From Lachnospiraceae bacterium (GTDB taxonomy: Bacteria > Bacillota > Clostridia > Lachnospirales > Lachnospiraceae), in contig JAEDFR010000001.1 in the NCBI GenBank assembly GCA_016297945.1, positions 3,654-67,653 of the forward strand: a stretch of 64,000 bases of DNA. Direction: 5' to 3'. The notes beneath the pieces were generated by a model. It ran no database searches. It saw only the letters and a program-made list of their open reading frames with translations, and was not told the origin of the DNA. A program made the position numbers and the translations under genes. Every line of letters begins with the position of its first letter. Positions within the stretch are counted from its first letter, which is position 1. Below, one piece after another: positions 20,502 through 30,386 of this stretch.

Positions 20502-21798
20502 CTAGTTTAATCTTTCAAATCCAGCATGGCTCACTTCACCCAATAAATGAGTTTCTATTTGTTCAGCATTTTCTCTTATTTCTGCGATTTTTGCAAATGT
20601 TCTGTCACATGCCTCTAAATACCGATCAATCAGTTCATCTGTGTGAGCTAACGATGCATATACACCATTTCCAGCTAAAAATCCCTCTTTCAGCATCTCT
20701 TGCGTGAAATATGTTTTATATGCCAACGGATTATCATACTCAAAGGCAAAATGAATAAGAGGCTTTATTCCTGAAATATGAATCTTCAGACCATACATAT
20801 CAGCCAACCGCTTCCAGCCTTCAGAAATTCTGGTGCCTACTCTGATTTGATGTTCATGCACATGATACTTCTGATAACACTCTATGGATTTTATCGTTGC
20901 AGCAAATCCGATTCGTTCGGTAAAGAATGTACTACTTATAAATGTATCCTGTGCAGCACCCATTATTTTTTCTGTTCCAATCACTGCCGTTACCGGATAA
21001 CCATTTGTCATTGCTTTTGCAAATACTGCAATATCAGGATTGACACCAAGAACCAGATGGGATCCTCCCGGGCATAGGCGAAATCCTGCAGTTATCTCAT
21101 CAAAAACTAAAACAATTCCCTCTTTTCTTGTAATTTCTCGAATAGTTTCTAAATATCCTTCATGTGGATATTCGTTTCGTATTGGCTCCATTATAACTGC
21201 AGCAATTTCTTCTGTATGTTCAGAAATCAATGCTTTAAACTCATCGATATCATTATAATGAAAAATCAGGTTTGTTCCTGCCAGTCCTCTGGGTACACCA
21301 GCCGGTTGCAACCCTTGTAAATGTACATCAGCCAAAGGATCACCTTTAACAAGATTTGCTGACAAATACCAGTCATGCCAGCCATGATATCCGCATACAA
21401 ATACAATATCTTTTTTGGTGTATGCCCTAGCAATTCTGGCAGCCATAGCCATCGCTTCTCCACCGGCTTTTGCATATCTGACTGACTGTGCCCATGGATG
21501 TAATTCCAATAGTTTTTCTGCCAGTATCACTTCTTCCGGAGCATTTAAAGTACACATGCTTCCATTATCTATCGCATCCTTTGCAGCCTCATCTACTTCT
21601 TGAAAAGAATATCCTAAAACATTAGCTCCCACTCCCATGATACTGAAGTCATAATAATGATTATTGTCCAAATCCCAAACTTCGCAACCATGTGCTTTTG
21701 AATAGTAACTTGGCCAATAACCAGGCAGCCACATTTCAGGACGTTTGCTTAACAACTGCGTTCCGCCCGGAATTATTTAATTCCTGATTTTTACTCAT
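20502..21798 (-). pseudogene. Class III PLP aminotransferase (GSA-aminomutase-like), frameshifted at the 5' end
   Basis: Body intact (YHGWHDWY, FDEITAGFR, FAKAMTNG). The likely native ATG at 21798 (MSKNQEL) is 43 nt upstream of the TTG at 21755, so out of frame. The conserved IIPGGTQLLSKRPE is preceded by an in-frame TAA. Confidence 0.72.
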
Positions 21799-21822
21799 AA
21801 TCCGATTCTCTTTTCCAAAGCA

Positions 21823-22587
21823 TTATCTTTTTATTACATAATCGTTTGCCAAAGATTTTGCCAACCCCTCATTCCTTTTAATACTGCTGTTTAGTGCTTC
21901 AATTTCCGGATGTTCTTCCAGATATCTTAAAATATCCTCGGTAACAAAATCCTCCTTTTTTTCGCTCACAAAATGTTCATATACTTTACTTATCATTTCA
22001 TAATCAAAATCTTCATCCAATGTCCATCGCTTTGTTCCGATATTCCGAATCGGGCATTCCAGATTTTGTAATTTATAGACTTCGGGGTGTTTTCTTACGT
22101 ATTGGGTTACATGTTCTCTTTCCGATTGCAATTCAGCATTTTTCCATGATTCCTCCAACACATTAAATCTTATTATTTCTATATCCAATCCATCTGGAAA
22201 TGTTTCTGTCAATTCAGCTAAATAATCAGTATCTTCTTCCATTTCTTCGATTGCCATATCCAGATATCTCCAGTCGAAAAGCGGGCAATCTGCCGTTATG
22301 CGAATAACATTCTTCGGTTTCAACAGCTTTGCAGCTTGATAATAACGATCTAACACATCTTCTTCCGAACCCACAAATATCCTTATTCCTTTTTCTACAC
22401 AAATTTGAATAAGCGGCAGATTATTTTTTTCGATTGATGTAATCACCATTACCTCATCGACTTTTTTGCTTCTTTTTACCCGCTCTATCACCCATTCAAT
22501 ATCTGTTTTTCCGGATAAATCAGCCAACACTTTATTCGGAAAACGTGTAGAACCGCATCTCGCCTGAATTAATACTAAATTATCCAT
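21823..22587 (-). CDS. spsF: SpsF-like cytidylyltransferase (probable CMP-Pse synthetase)
   Basis: IQARCGSTRFPNKVL, GSEEDVLDRY, RITADCP and REHVT motifs; start reassigned to ATG 22587 with GAGG RBS. Confidence 0.88.
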   Translation of the reverse strand: MDNLVLIQARCGSTRFPNKVLADLSGKTDIEWVIERVKRSKKVDEVMVITSIEKNNLPLIQICVEKGIRIFVGSEEDVLDRYYQAAKLLKPKNVIRITADCPLFDWRYLDMAIEEMEEDTDYLAELTETFPDGLDIEIIRFNVLEESWKNAELQSEREHVTQYVRKHPEVYKLQNLECPIRNIGTKRWTLDEDFDYEMISKVYEHFVSEKKEDFVTEDILRYLEEHPEIEALNSSIKRNEGLAKSLANDYVIKR

Positions 22588-22603
22588 CTTTGCTTCTGCC
22601 TCT

Positions 22604-23497
22604 CTATTTCTTCCATAAACTCGGAATAACAATATTCGTATCAATATCTGTAAATTCCTGATCCAGAAGATCCAAGACATCTTCTGAAACATCTTTGTTA
22701 AAAGCTATAATATCTTCCTGTAACTGCTCTAAATCGCGGATACCGAATACCAAATGATTTATTTCTTTTTCACGTTTAATGTAATTCAGTGCAAGTTCAA
22801 TCCTGGTATACCCCGTCCTTTTGCAAATCTGATCAAGCTTATCTAAAATGGGCTTTGCATCAGCCAAATAGTCCGGAACATCATCAACAGACAACCGGAT
22901 TAATCCCTTCACAAAAGCTGTACGTGTATCAACTGTACATCCGTTTTGCTGTGACATTTTAAATATATCCTCTTCTTTCATTCTGTGGTCGAAAACACTG
23001 TATGGAGCTTGAATATAATCAACAAATGGGCTTTTTATACACGCAATTGCTTCGTCTGTATCATAAACAGAAACGCCAACGTGACAAGCCAGTCCTTCTT
23101 TTTTTACTTCTTCCAGAGCGGCTAATATATCCGGTCGGTGTGCATAACGTGAACTGTGCAAAAAATACGCATCCACATAGTCAAGATTTAATACCTGCAA
23201 CGATTTAATCAGATTATCACGTATGATTGCTACATAATCCTTCAGCTCATAATCATCCAATATATTGGGTAAAAGTTTTGTACTTACAAACAGTTTTTCA
23301 CGTGAAATAGTTCTTTTTTTCAAAAACTTACCCGTAACCTGTTCGGCAATCCCATAAGCTGTCGCAGTATCAATAGCGTTAATTCCATTCTGAGTTGCAT
23401 AATCCAGACATCGGATGCAATAATCAACATCTTTTTTTTCCTGATTAAACACTCCATAATTCATTCCAAACTGAACTGTTCCAATTGCTAATTCCAT
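22604..23497 (-). CDS. Aldo/keto reductase
   Basis: LAIGTVQFGMNYG, IDTATAYG, STKL, LHS and GVSVY motifs. Confidence 0.9.
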   Translation of the reverse strand: MELAIGTVQFGMNYGVFNQEKKDVDYCIRCLDYATQNGINAIDTATAYGIAEQVTGKFLKKRTISREKLFVSTKLLPNILDDYELKDYVAIIRDNLIKSLQVLNLDYVDAYFLHSSRYAHRPDILAALEEVKKEGLACHVGVSVYDTDEAIACIKSPFVDYIQAPYSVFDHRMKEEDIFKMSQQNGCTVDTRTAFVKGLIRLSVDDVPDYLADAKPILDKLDQICKRTGYTRIELALNYIKREKEINHLVFGIRDLEQLQEDIIAFNKDVSEDVLDLLDQEFTDIDTNIVIPSLWKK

Positions 23498-23520
23498 TTT
23501 TTCTCCCTATTCCATATGCT

Positions 23521-24723
23521 TTATATTCTGTAATAAGAAACAATTTTTTTCACAGATGCAATGACATCGTAAACATCTTCATTACTCATTTGAGGATATA
23601 AAGGAATGCTCATAATTCCGTTATAGACCTTCTCCGCATTCGGACATAATCCTTTATCATATCCAAGATGTCTATAATATGGAAACCAGTAAACCGGTAC
23701 ATAATGAATTTGACATTGTACATTTTCTGCACTCATGGCATCAAAAAACTCTCTTCTTGTACAGGTAAGTTTTTCAGAATTCAGTTGAATAATATACAAG
23801 TGTCTGCAGGTATCAGATTCCGCTATCTCCTGTTGAAGTATTAATTCTTCGACAGAAGAAAATGCTTCATCATACATCCTTACAATTTCCTGCCTTCTTT
23901 TTTTAAAAAAGTCTATCTTTTTCATCTGGCTTGTTATGAGCGCAGCCTGAAAATCAGTGATACGGTAATTATAGCCCAATAATATTTGTTCATAATACCA
24001 TGGTCCCTCATGAGGTGCATCTTCCATCAGTTCTAAATCATGGGTAATTCCATGTGTATGTGCAAGAACTATTTTTCTATATAATTCTACATTATTTGTT
24101 AATACCGCTCCTCCTTCTCCTCCGGTAATCGTTTTAACAGGATGAAAACTAAAGCACGTCATATCAGCCAAATTTCCCACACGTTGTCCTTTATATTCAG
24201 TTCCTATGGAATGGGCTGCATCTTCAATATAGACCAAATTGTACTTATCACATATTGCCCTTATCTCATCACTCTGAACAGCTTGTCCAGTAAAATCCAC
24301 CGCAATCACGGCTTTCGTATTCTTGGTAATATGCTGTTCAATACTGATAGGATCAATATTGTATGTATTAGGATTAATATCAGCAAAAACAGGCTTTCCA
24401 CCACAATATAGTACACAATTTGCACTAGCGGCAAACGTTAATGGAGTGGTTATAACTTCATCTCCCGGACCGATTCCAGCTGCAATACAGGCACAATGAA
24501 GCGCTGCGGTTCCACTTGAAACTGCAACAGCATATTTCGCACCCGTATATTCCACTAATTGTTCTTCCATTTTTTCAACAGCCGGACCACATGTTAAATA
24601 ATCGCTTTTTAGAACCCTCACAACTGCTTCTATATCTGATTCATCTATCCATTGATGTCCATAAAATATTTTTTTATCCCGTACCGGTTTTCCACCGTTT
24701 ACTGCCAGTGTTTCCATTTCCAT
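23521..24723 (-). CDS. pseC: UDP-4-amino-4,6-dideoxy-N-acetyl-beta-L-altrosamine transaminase
   Basis: DegT family: SSGTAALH, EDAAHSIG, FSFHPVKTITGGEGG, LGYNYR. Confidence 0.94.
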   Translation of the reverse strand: MEMETLAVNGGKPVRDKKIFYGHQWIDESDIEAVVRVLKSDYLTCGPAVEKMEEQLVEYTGAKYAVAVSSGTAALHCACIAAGIGPGDEVITTPLTFAASANCVLYCGGKPVFADINPNTYNIDPISIEQHITKNTKAVIAVDFTGQAVQSDEIRAICDKYNLVYIEDAAHSIGTEYKGQRVGNLADMTCFSFHPVKTITGGEGGAVLTNNVELYRKIVLAHTHGITHDLELMEDAPHEGPWYYEQILLGYNYRITDFQAALITSQMKKIDFFKKRRQEIVRMYDEAFSSVEELILQQEIAESDTCRHLYIIQLNSEKLTCTRREFFDAMSAENVQCQIHYVPVYWFPYYRHLGYDKGLCPNAEKVYNGIMSIPLYPQMSNEDVYDVIASVKKIVSYYRI

Positions 24724-24740
24724 TCTCCAAATAGATTATA

Positions 24741-25736
24741 CTAGTGTTTATCCAAATCAGTTTTTAACAATTCCTGTATCTGCTTCACTGATAACCACTC
24801 CTTATTTGTTCCCGAACTATATTCAAATTCCGGTTCCACTAATTTTCCACCCGGAATAATATCCTTTTTGCCCCACCAATTATAATTAGGGTATATAATA
24901 TAATGTTTATCATATTCATAAGTGTGCATTGAATCTTCTTTCGTAACCATTATTTCATGGAGTTTTTCACCTTCTCTTATTCCAACTTCCGGCATTTCAC
25001 ATCCAGGAAGCATTGCCTGTGCTAAATCAGTTATTTTGAAAGACGGAATTTTGGATATAAAAGTTTCTCCTCCACGTGATTCTTCAAGGGCTTTTATGAC
25101 TAATTTCACGCCTTCTTCCAGGCTGATCCAAAATCTTGTCATTCGATAGTCTGTAATAGGCAGTGCCTTCCCGCCGTTATCAATGATATTCTGGAAGAAA
25201 GGAATAACTGACCCCCTGCTACCGGCAACGTTTCCATATCGTACAACTGAAAATCTGGTTCCATCTCCACCGGAATATGCATTCGCAGCGCAAAACAGTT
25301 TATCGGAAACCAACTTAGTACCACCATATAAATTAATTGGATTGACTGCCTTATCAGTTGATAGAGCAACCACTTTTTTCACTCCGGCTTCCAAAGAAGC
25401 ATTAATGACATTCATTGCTCCATTTACATTTGTCTTAATAGCTTCGTTAGGATTATATTCGCATGCTGGAACCTGCTTCAGAGCAGCAGCATGAATCACA
25501 TAATCAACTCCATGTAATGCCATCCTCAATCTGGCTTCATCCCTTACATCACCAATAAAAAATCTCAATACATTCCTAAATTCTTTATATTCATTATCCA
25601 TTATAAATTGCTTATACTCATCTCTCGAATAAATAATAATCTTTTGTGGATTATAATGTGCAAGAATATAATCCACAAAATGATGACCAAATGATCCTGT
25701 TCCACCTGTAATCAAAATACTTTTTCCATTTAACAT
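24741..25736 (-). CDS. pseB: UDP-GlcNAc 4,6-dehydratase (inverting)
   Basis: ITGGTGSFG, HAAALKQVP, STDKAVNPINLYG and RYGNVAGSRGS; start reassigned to ATG 25736. Confidence 0.96.
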   Translation of the reverse strand: MLNGKSILITGGTGSFGHHFVDYILAHYNPQKIIIYSRDEYKQFIMDNEYKEFRNVLRFFIGDVRDEARLRMALHGVDYVIHAAALKQVPACEYNPNEAIKTNVNGAMNVINASLEAGVKKVVALSTDKAVNPINLYGGTKLVSDKLFCAANAYSGGDGTRFSVVRYGNVAGSRGSVIPFFQNIIDNGGKALPITDYRMTRFWISLEEGVKLVIKALEESRGGETFISKIPSFKITDLAQAMLPGCEMPEVGIREGEKLHEIMVTKEDSMHTYEYDKHYIIYPNYNWWGKKDIIPGGKLVEPEFEYSSGTNKEWLSVKQIQELLKTDLDKH

Positions 25737-25862
25737 ATCTTCATTCTCCCTCGTAAATTGAAGCAAATAGATTTTGAAAAGAGTGCAAAAGCTTACAAAA
25801 TCAAAATATCTACACCTTTATCCTATTTTTTCATGATAATTATTTCTCCATGCTATATCAAG

Positions 25863-27263
25863 TCAGAAAATACTCTTCCTCCTACACATAATTATTATTT
25901 CGTAGCAACCAATCAAAATTGCCATTATCCATCTAACAATCCACATTTCCCGAAAATAATAAAAACAAAATATAGAATAAAATATACATAAAATAGGAAA
26001 CATGAATTTTTTAATGTCAAAATAATAAAAATTTGTATTCGTCAATTTAAAAATCAAAAAATGAAATACTAATAAGAGAAAATAAGCCATTGCTGTTGCA
26101 ACTGAAGCACCATATATTCTCATATCAGGTATTAACACATAATTAAGAATGATATTTAAAAATGCTGCCAAAACGGTTCCTGTTGCAATAAGCTTATTCC
26201 TTTTTAAAAAAAATTCTATATTAATCAAAAATTGATACATAAATGTAAAATAAACCGAGACAGCTAATATCGGTATGATTTCTAATCCCGCCCAATATTC
26301 CTTGTCTGTAACAAGTTTTCCAACCTCTCTAATGACCAATAAAAATCCAACCGTTAAAATCGTAAATAATTGAATATAATTATTATATTTCGAAACAAGT
26401 TTCTCTTTATTATTTTCCAATAAATCATCATAATAATATGGGCACCAAGTAACATTTAAAGCATTTAGCACAACTGACAATATCATCGTTAATGAATAAT
26501 ATACACTATATATTCCTATTTCATTGTCTGACACCCTCATCTTATTCATCATAATACGATCTGATTGTGTCAAAACATTTAGAGAAAGTGCATGAAACAC
26601 AATTGGCATTCCTAATCGTATAGCATATTTAGAATACTTTGATTTAATAAAAGTGATTTTTTTTCTAAATATATATATCCAACTTATAAATGCAAATAGA
26701 ATAGTCGGAATTGCAATTCCAACCATTCGTCCTAAATATCTATATTGCAATTCAGAAAATCGAATCAAAATAAGAGACAATCCTGTTGTAGAAAATGCTA
26801 ATGATATTGAATAAATCATATTCAATCCAGCTCTCTTTTCATAAATTAAAGCTGATTGAGTAAAATTAATAATAAATTGTCCAAATGCAGTAAAAAGGAT
26901 CAACAAAACAGTATAATATTCAAAACCAATTATTTCACATATATATTTTTTAAAAATAACACTTAAAACTACAAAGAAAAATCCTATTATTGTACCAAGA
27001 AGCAATACGCTACTACGAAAATCAAAATAATCATCTTTAAAATCATAGCGCCCAATACCAATTGACGCATCCACTTTTGCTCCCATAAAACAAGCTATAA
27101 TTACTACCCATGAATAGACAATTGAATATACACCATACTGAGCACTTCCCATTTCACTTGTGAAAATAGGTATAGTAATAAAAGTAACTCCTTGTACAAC
27201 TAAAGTACTTATAAAATTGTAAAATGCAGTCTTATTTTCTCTTCCCATTTTCCTAAATTTCAA
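25863..27263 (-). CDS. wzx: Oligosaccharide flippase (Wzx/MATE family)
   Basis: Multi-TM 466 aa; QSDRIMM, IGIYS and LNIILNYVLIP...YGASVAT motifs. Confidence 0.88.
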   Translation of the reverse strand: MKFRKMGRENKTAFYNFISTLVVQGVTFITIPIFTSEMGSAQYGVYSIVYSWVVIIACFMGAKVDASIGIGRYDFKDDYFDFRSSVLLLGTIIGFFFVVLSVIFKKYICEIIGFEYYTVLLILFTAFGQFIINFTQSALIYEKRAGLNMIYSISLAFSTTGLSLILIRFSELQYRYLGRMVGIAIPTILFAFISWIYIFRKKITFIKSKYSKYAIRLGMPIVFHALSLNVLTQSDRIMMNKMRVSDNEIGIYSVYYSLTMILSVVLNALNVTWCPYYYDDLLENNKEKLVSKYNNYIQLFTILTVGFLLVIREVGKLVTDKEYWAGLEIIPILAVSVYFTFMYQFLINIEFFLKRNKLIATGTVLAAFLNIILNYVLIPDMRIYGASVATAMAYFLLLVFHFLIFKLTNTNFYYFDIKKFMFPILCIFYSIFCFYYFREMWIVRWIMAILIGCYEIIIMCRRKSIF

Positions 27264-28432
27264 TTCTCATCATTACACTTTTGCGCTCCAAATAATAATT
27301 TCCATTTTTCAGCATCATATTTTTCATATTCTTTCATTAAATTAGTTATTGCTTCACTATATTTTCCAGTCCACCCTTTTGATATAGAAACAATATCTTC
27401 GCAAATATCATTAATCAGATTTATTTGAGAATCTGTCTTTATGGAATTAATTCCCCAATACTTATCAACCACTTTCATCTGCTGTTGAGTTATTTCATTC
27501 TCGCGTTTTAAAAAAACGGATTGAATCTCACTTTGGGGAGAATATATACTATTTATACTCTCTTTTTCTTTTTCAACGCAATCTGTCATACGTGATAAAT
27601 TTGGGATATACATATAAGGTACTTTTTCAGATATACAAAAACCCACATTGGTGCCAATTCCATCTCCAACTGCATAATCAGCTAAACCTATAATAGTTTT
27701 TAATCTATTGACAAAATTTACATCCCCATTGTATCCTGCAGATACAACTCTATATCCTTCCTCAATAAATCTTTGGGTTAATTTATCGTTAATATTCCAC
27801 CAAAAAACACAGACAATCACTGTATCAAAACAAGTTGCCAATGCATTAATATTATATATATAATCCTCAACCATCCATTCATATTTATCTCCATCAGTTG
27901 AATGTGCCGGAAAGACTAACAATGTTTTCCCTTGTCTCTTTTTCATTTCTTCTATCTGGTCATTCGAATAATAATTATCTGCATAATGAATATAAGGTCC
28001 CACACAAAAAACAGGTAAATTACTATATTTATGTATAATTTTTTTTCTAAAAGAACCAAATGTCGCAATTGCCGGTTTCGAAGTAACAGTTCCTTCATCA
28101 AAAAGAGCATCATAAAGAATCAATCCATGTTCTAGAACTGGCGAAAACAAAAATTTTTGCTTTTCAAGATTTTTCCCAAATATATTTTTCCAATACCCAT
28201 AAACATGCTCAAAAGTATATAATTTATCATTTGTATACCATAATTTTCCATTATCTACTTGTTTCCGAAATTCCATTAACGGCTTGATATCAGAAATAGT
28301 ATCCACTGATTGAATATATTTTGTATCTTCTTCATATTTTTGTGTCATTTTTTTATATTTTGTTTTATAAGCCATTGATGTCATATATATATTTCTATAT
28401 ATCATTTTCTTTGTAATTTCTGTAACATTCAT
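27260..28432 (-). CDS. Hypothetical protein, probable GT-B glycosyltransferase
   Basis: 390 aa soluble ORF overlapping the wzx start; EHG and LLVFPAHS motifs; no confident family. Confidence 0.55.
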   Translation of the reverse strand: MNVTEITKKMIYRNIYMTSMAYKTKYKKMTQKYEEDTKYIQSVDTISDIKPLMEFRKQVDNGKLWYTNDKLYTFEHVYGYWKNIFGKNLEKQKFLFSPVLEHGLILYDALFDEGTVTSKPAIATFGSFRKKIIHKYSNLPVFCVGPYIHYADNYYSNDQIEEMKKRQGKTLLVFPAHSTDGDKYEWMVEDYIYNINALATCFDTVIVCVFWWNINDKLTQRFIEEGYRVVSAGYNGDVNFVNRLKTIIGLADYAVGDGIGTNVGFCISEKVPYMYIPNLSRMTDCVEKEKESINSIYSPQSEIQSVFLKRENEITQQQMKVVDKYWGINSIKTDSQINLINDICEDIVSISKGWTGKYSEAITNLMKEYEKYDAEKWKLLFGAQKCNDEN

Positions 28433-28476
28433 TTATTTATCCCATTTAACAACATTAAAGAATTCTAACAAAAGTA

Positions 28477-29445
28477 CTATAGTTTTCCAACTCTATTTAA
28501 AAAAGTAATCACATCCTTTTTAAACTTTAACTGTTCAGATTTTATTATTGTTCTATACTCATCATACTTTTCTATTTCATTATCATAATTATCCATACAA
28601 CGCAAAATATAATTAATAATCACATCAATATTTTCTTTATCTTGGTCAAATTTGGCGCAAGATGGTATAGGGACATCTTCATAATATTTTGCACTTCCTT
28701 TTATTCCTGTTATAACACAACATCCTGAAATTGCAGCTTCTCTAGGGATTCTATCTTTACCAGGATGATTACCAAAATCAACATAGACTTTTGCTTTATT
28801 CATCAACAATTTCATTTCTTCTTTCGAAAGATTTATTAATGGAATCCACTTCCATTTTGCTCCTTTCGATATCAGTTTATTTGTAAAATCTAATCCTTTT
28901 TTTGGATTATATAACACAATATTCTCTCTTATAGAATCCCGGTCCATATCTCTAAAATATTCTTTTGAAATATAATCTGACAAATACAAGATAGAGCTAT
29001 TATCAATACCATGTACAAATTCCACATATTTTTTTGCATATTCTGATTGAACTAAATGAATACATTTTCTGTCATACAATCGCACAATACAATCAATGAT
29101 TTTATATATGCAAATTTCGGCATAGGTTTTCTCCTTCTTATTAGGTGCATAATTATCTACACTTAACCACCAAATTACCTTTTGTATTTTTCTATATTTT
29201 AGCAAAAAACGCATCGCGGTTTCTGGAATAATTAATATATTGTTTTTATCATCAACTATTGTTTTTTCGACTCTTACTTTGTAACAAGAAAACTTATTAA
29301 TAATGGGCGAGTCCGTCATATCTCCATCATATACAATCGCAACATCTATATTATGACTACATATTTCTACACACAATTGATGTAAAAGTTCTGTTCCGCC
29401 TGTTGCATACTTTGACGGACACACTATATAAATCATACAATTCAC
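28477..29445 (-). CDS. Putative GT-B glycosyltransferase
   Basis: TGGTELLHQL, WWLSVDN and YVDFGNHPGKDRIPREAA motifs; GTG start with AAGGTG context. Confidence 0.7.
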   Translation of the reverse strand: MNCMIYIVCPSKYATGGTELLHQLCVEICSHNIDVAIVYDGDMTDSPIINKFSCYKVRVEKTIVDDKNNILIIPETAMRFLLKYRKIQKVIWWLSVDNYAPNKKEKTYAEICIYKIIDCIVRLYDRKCIHLVQSEYAKKYVEFVHGIDNSSILYLSDYISKEYFRDMDRDSIRENIVLYNPKKGLDFTNKLISKGAKWKWIPLINLSKEEMKLLMNKAKVYVDFGNHPGKDRIPREAAISGCCVITGIKGSAKYYEDVPIPSCAKFDQDKENIDVIINYILRCMDNYDNEIEKYDEYRTIIKSEQLKFKKDVITFLNRVGKL

Positions 29446-29469
29446 ACCTTTTCAATTATTGTTTTTCTT

Positions 29470-30377
29470 TCAAGAATCAAAATTATTGACCCACGTCTCA
29501 AGCAAATATTTATTCTTAACATTATTAGGGATTTGTAATAATTCACTTCCTAAAAACATTTCAAAATCATCCCAATTATCAACACCAACTATAAAAACAT
29601 TATCAGAACTATAAAAATCGCAATTACAAATATTCTTATTATTTGTAATTAGTTTCTTTCCAAAGAAAAGTGCCTCTAAAACACGCAAAGTTAATCCACT
29701 TTGGCCCTCTTTCACAACATCTACTATTACTGAACATTTACTTGATTTATCTAATATTTCTTCATAAGAAATCATCTTACTTATTTTCCATTCATCTTTT
29801 ATCAAATCCTTATTAGCATTGTTAAGAACTAAAATATTAAAATCACACTGAATATTAGCTTTTATTAAATGTTTAGCTATTTCATTTAATAAATCTAATC
29901 TATTCTTGTTTTTTCCCACAAAAAATGCCGTACCATTATTTGAAGAAGCTGTATAATTCGGCCATAAGAAAAACTGAGTGTTATATTCCCAATTATATTT
30001 TTTAGCTTGCTGTTGAAAATCCTGCAAAAAGGATAAATCCAATTCACAAATTTAATTTCCTTTTTTTCTTTTGTATTCCATATCCATAAAATTAAATTCT
30101 TTCTCTTAATATTTGTTAGCAAAGATAAAAGCACAATAATTCCAGTATGTTCAAAAACAACTACTTTTTTATATGTTTTTAAATTATTTTGCTTCTTTAA
30201 TTTTAAAATACTTTTTATAGATAAAATAAGTTTTTCAAGAAAAGAATGATTTAACGGTACAATATCCTGCCAAGTCAATACATCTATTCCATAATCAATC
30301 ATTGTTTTATTGACATATTTTTCAAAGGTATCTCCGCCATCTTTTATTATCAATATATTCCCGCTTAAATTACCCAT
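29470..30377 (-). pseudogene. Glycosyltransferase-like gene split by a frameshift
   Basis: Overlapping ORFs 29895-30377 and 29470-30042 give the N- and C-halves of one protein (...LWIWN...CRIF / QAKKYNWEYNTQF...GQSGLTLRVLEALFFGKKLITNN). The break is near 30010-30020. Confidence 0.75.
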
Positions 30378-30386
30378 AAACTCATC

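Noticed and set aside
20502..21755. Annotation as hemL (tetrapyrrole synthesis)
   Set aside because: Embedded in the pse operon with no hem pathway neighbours; only the fold is shared
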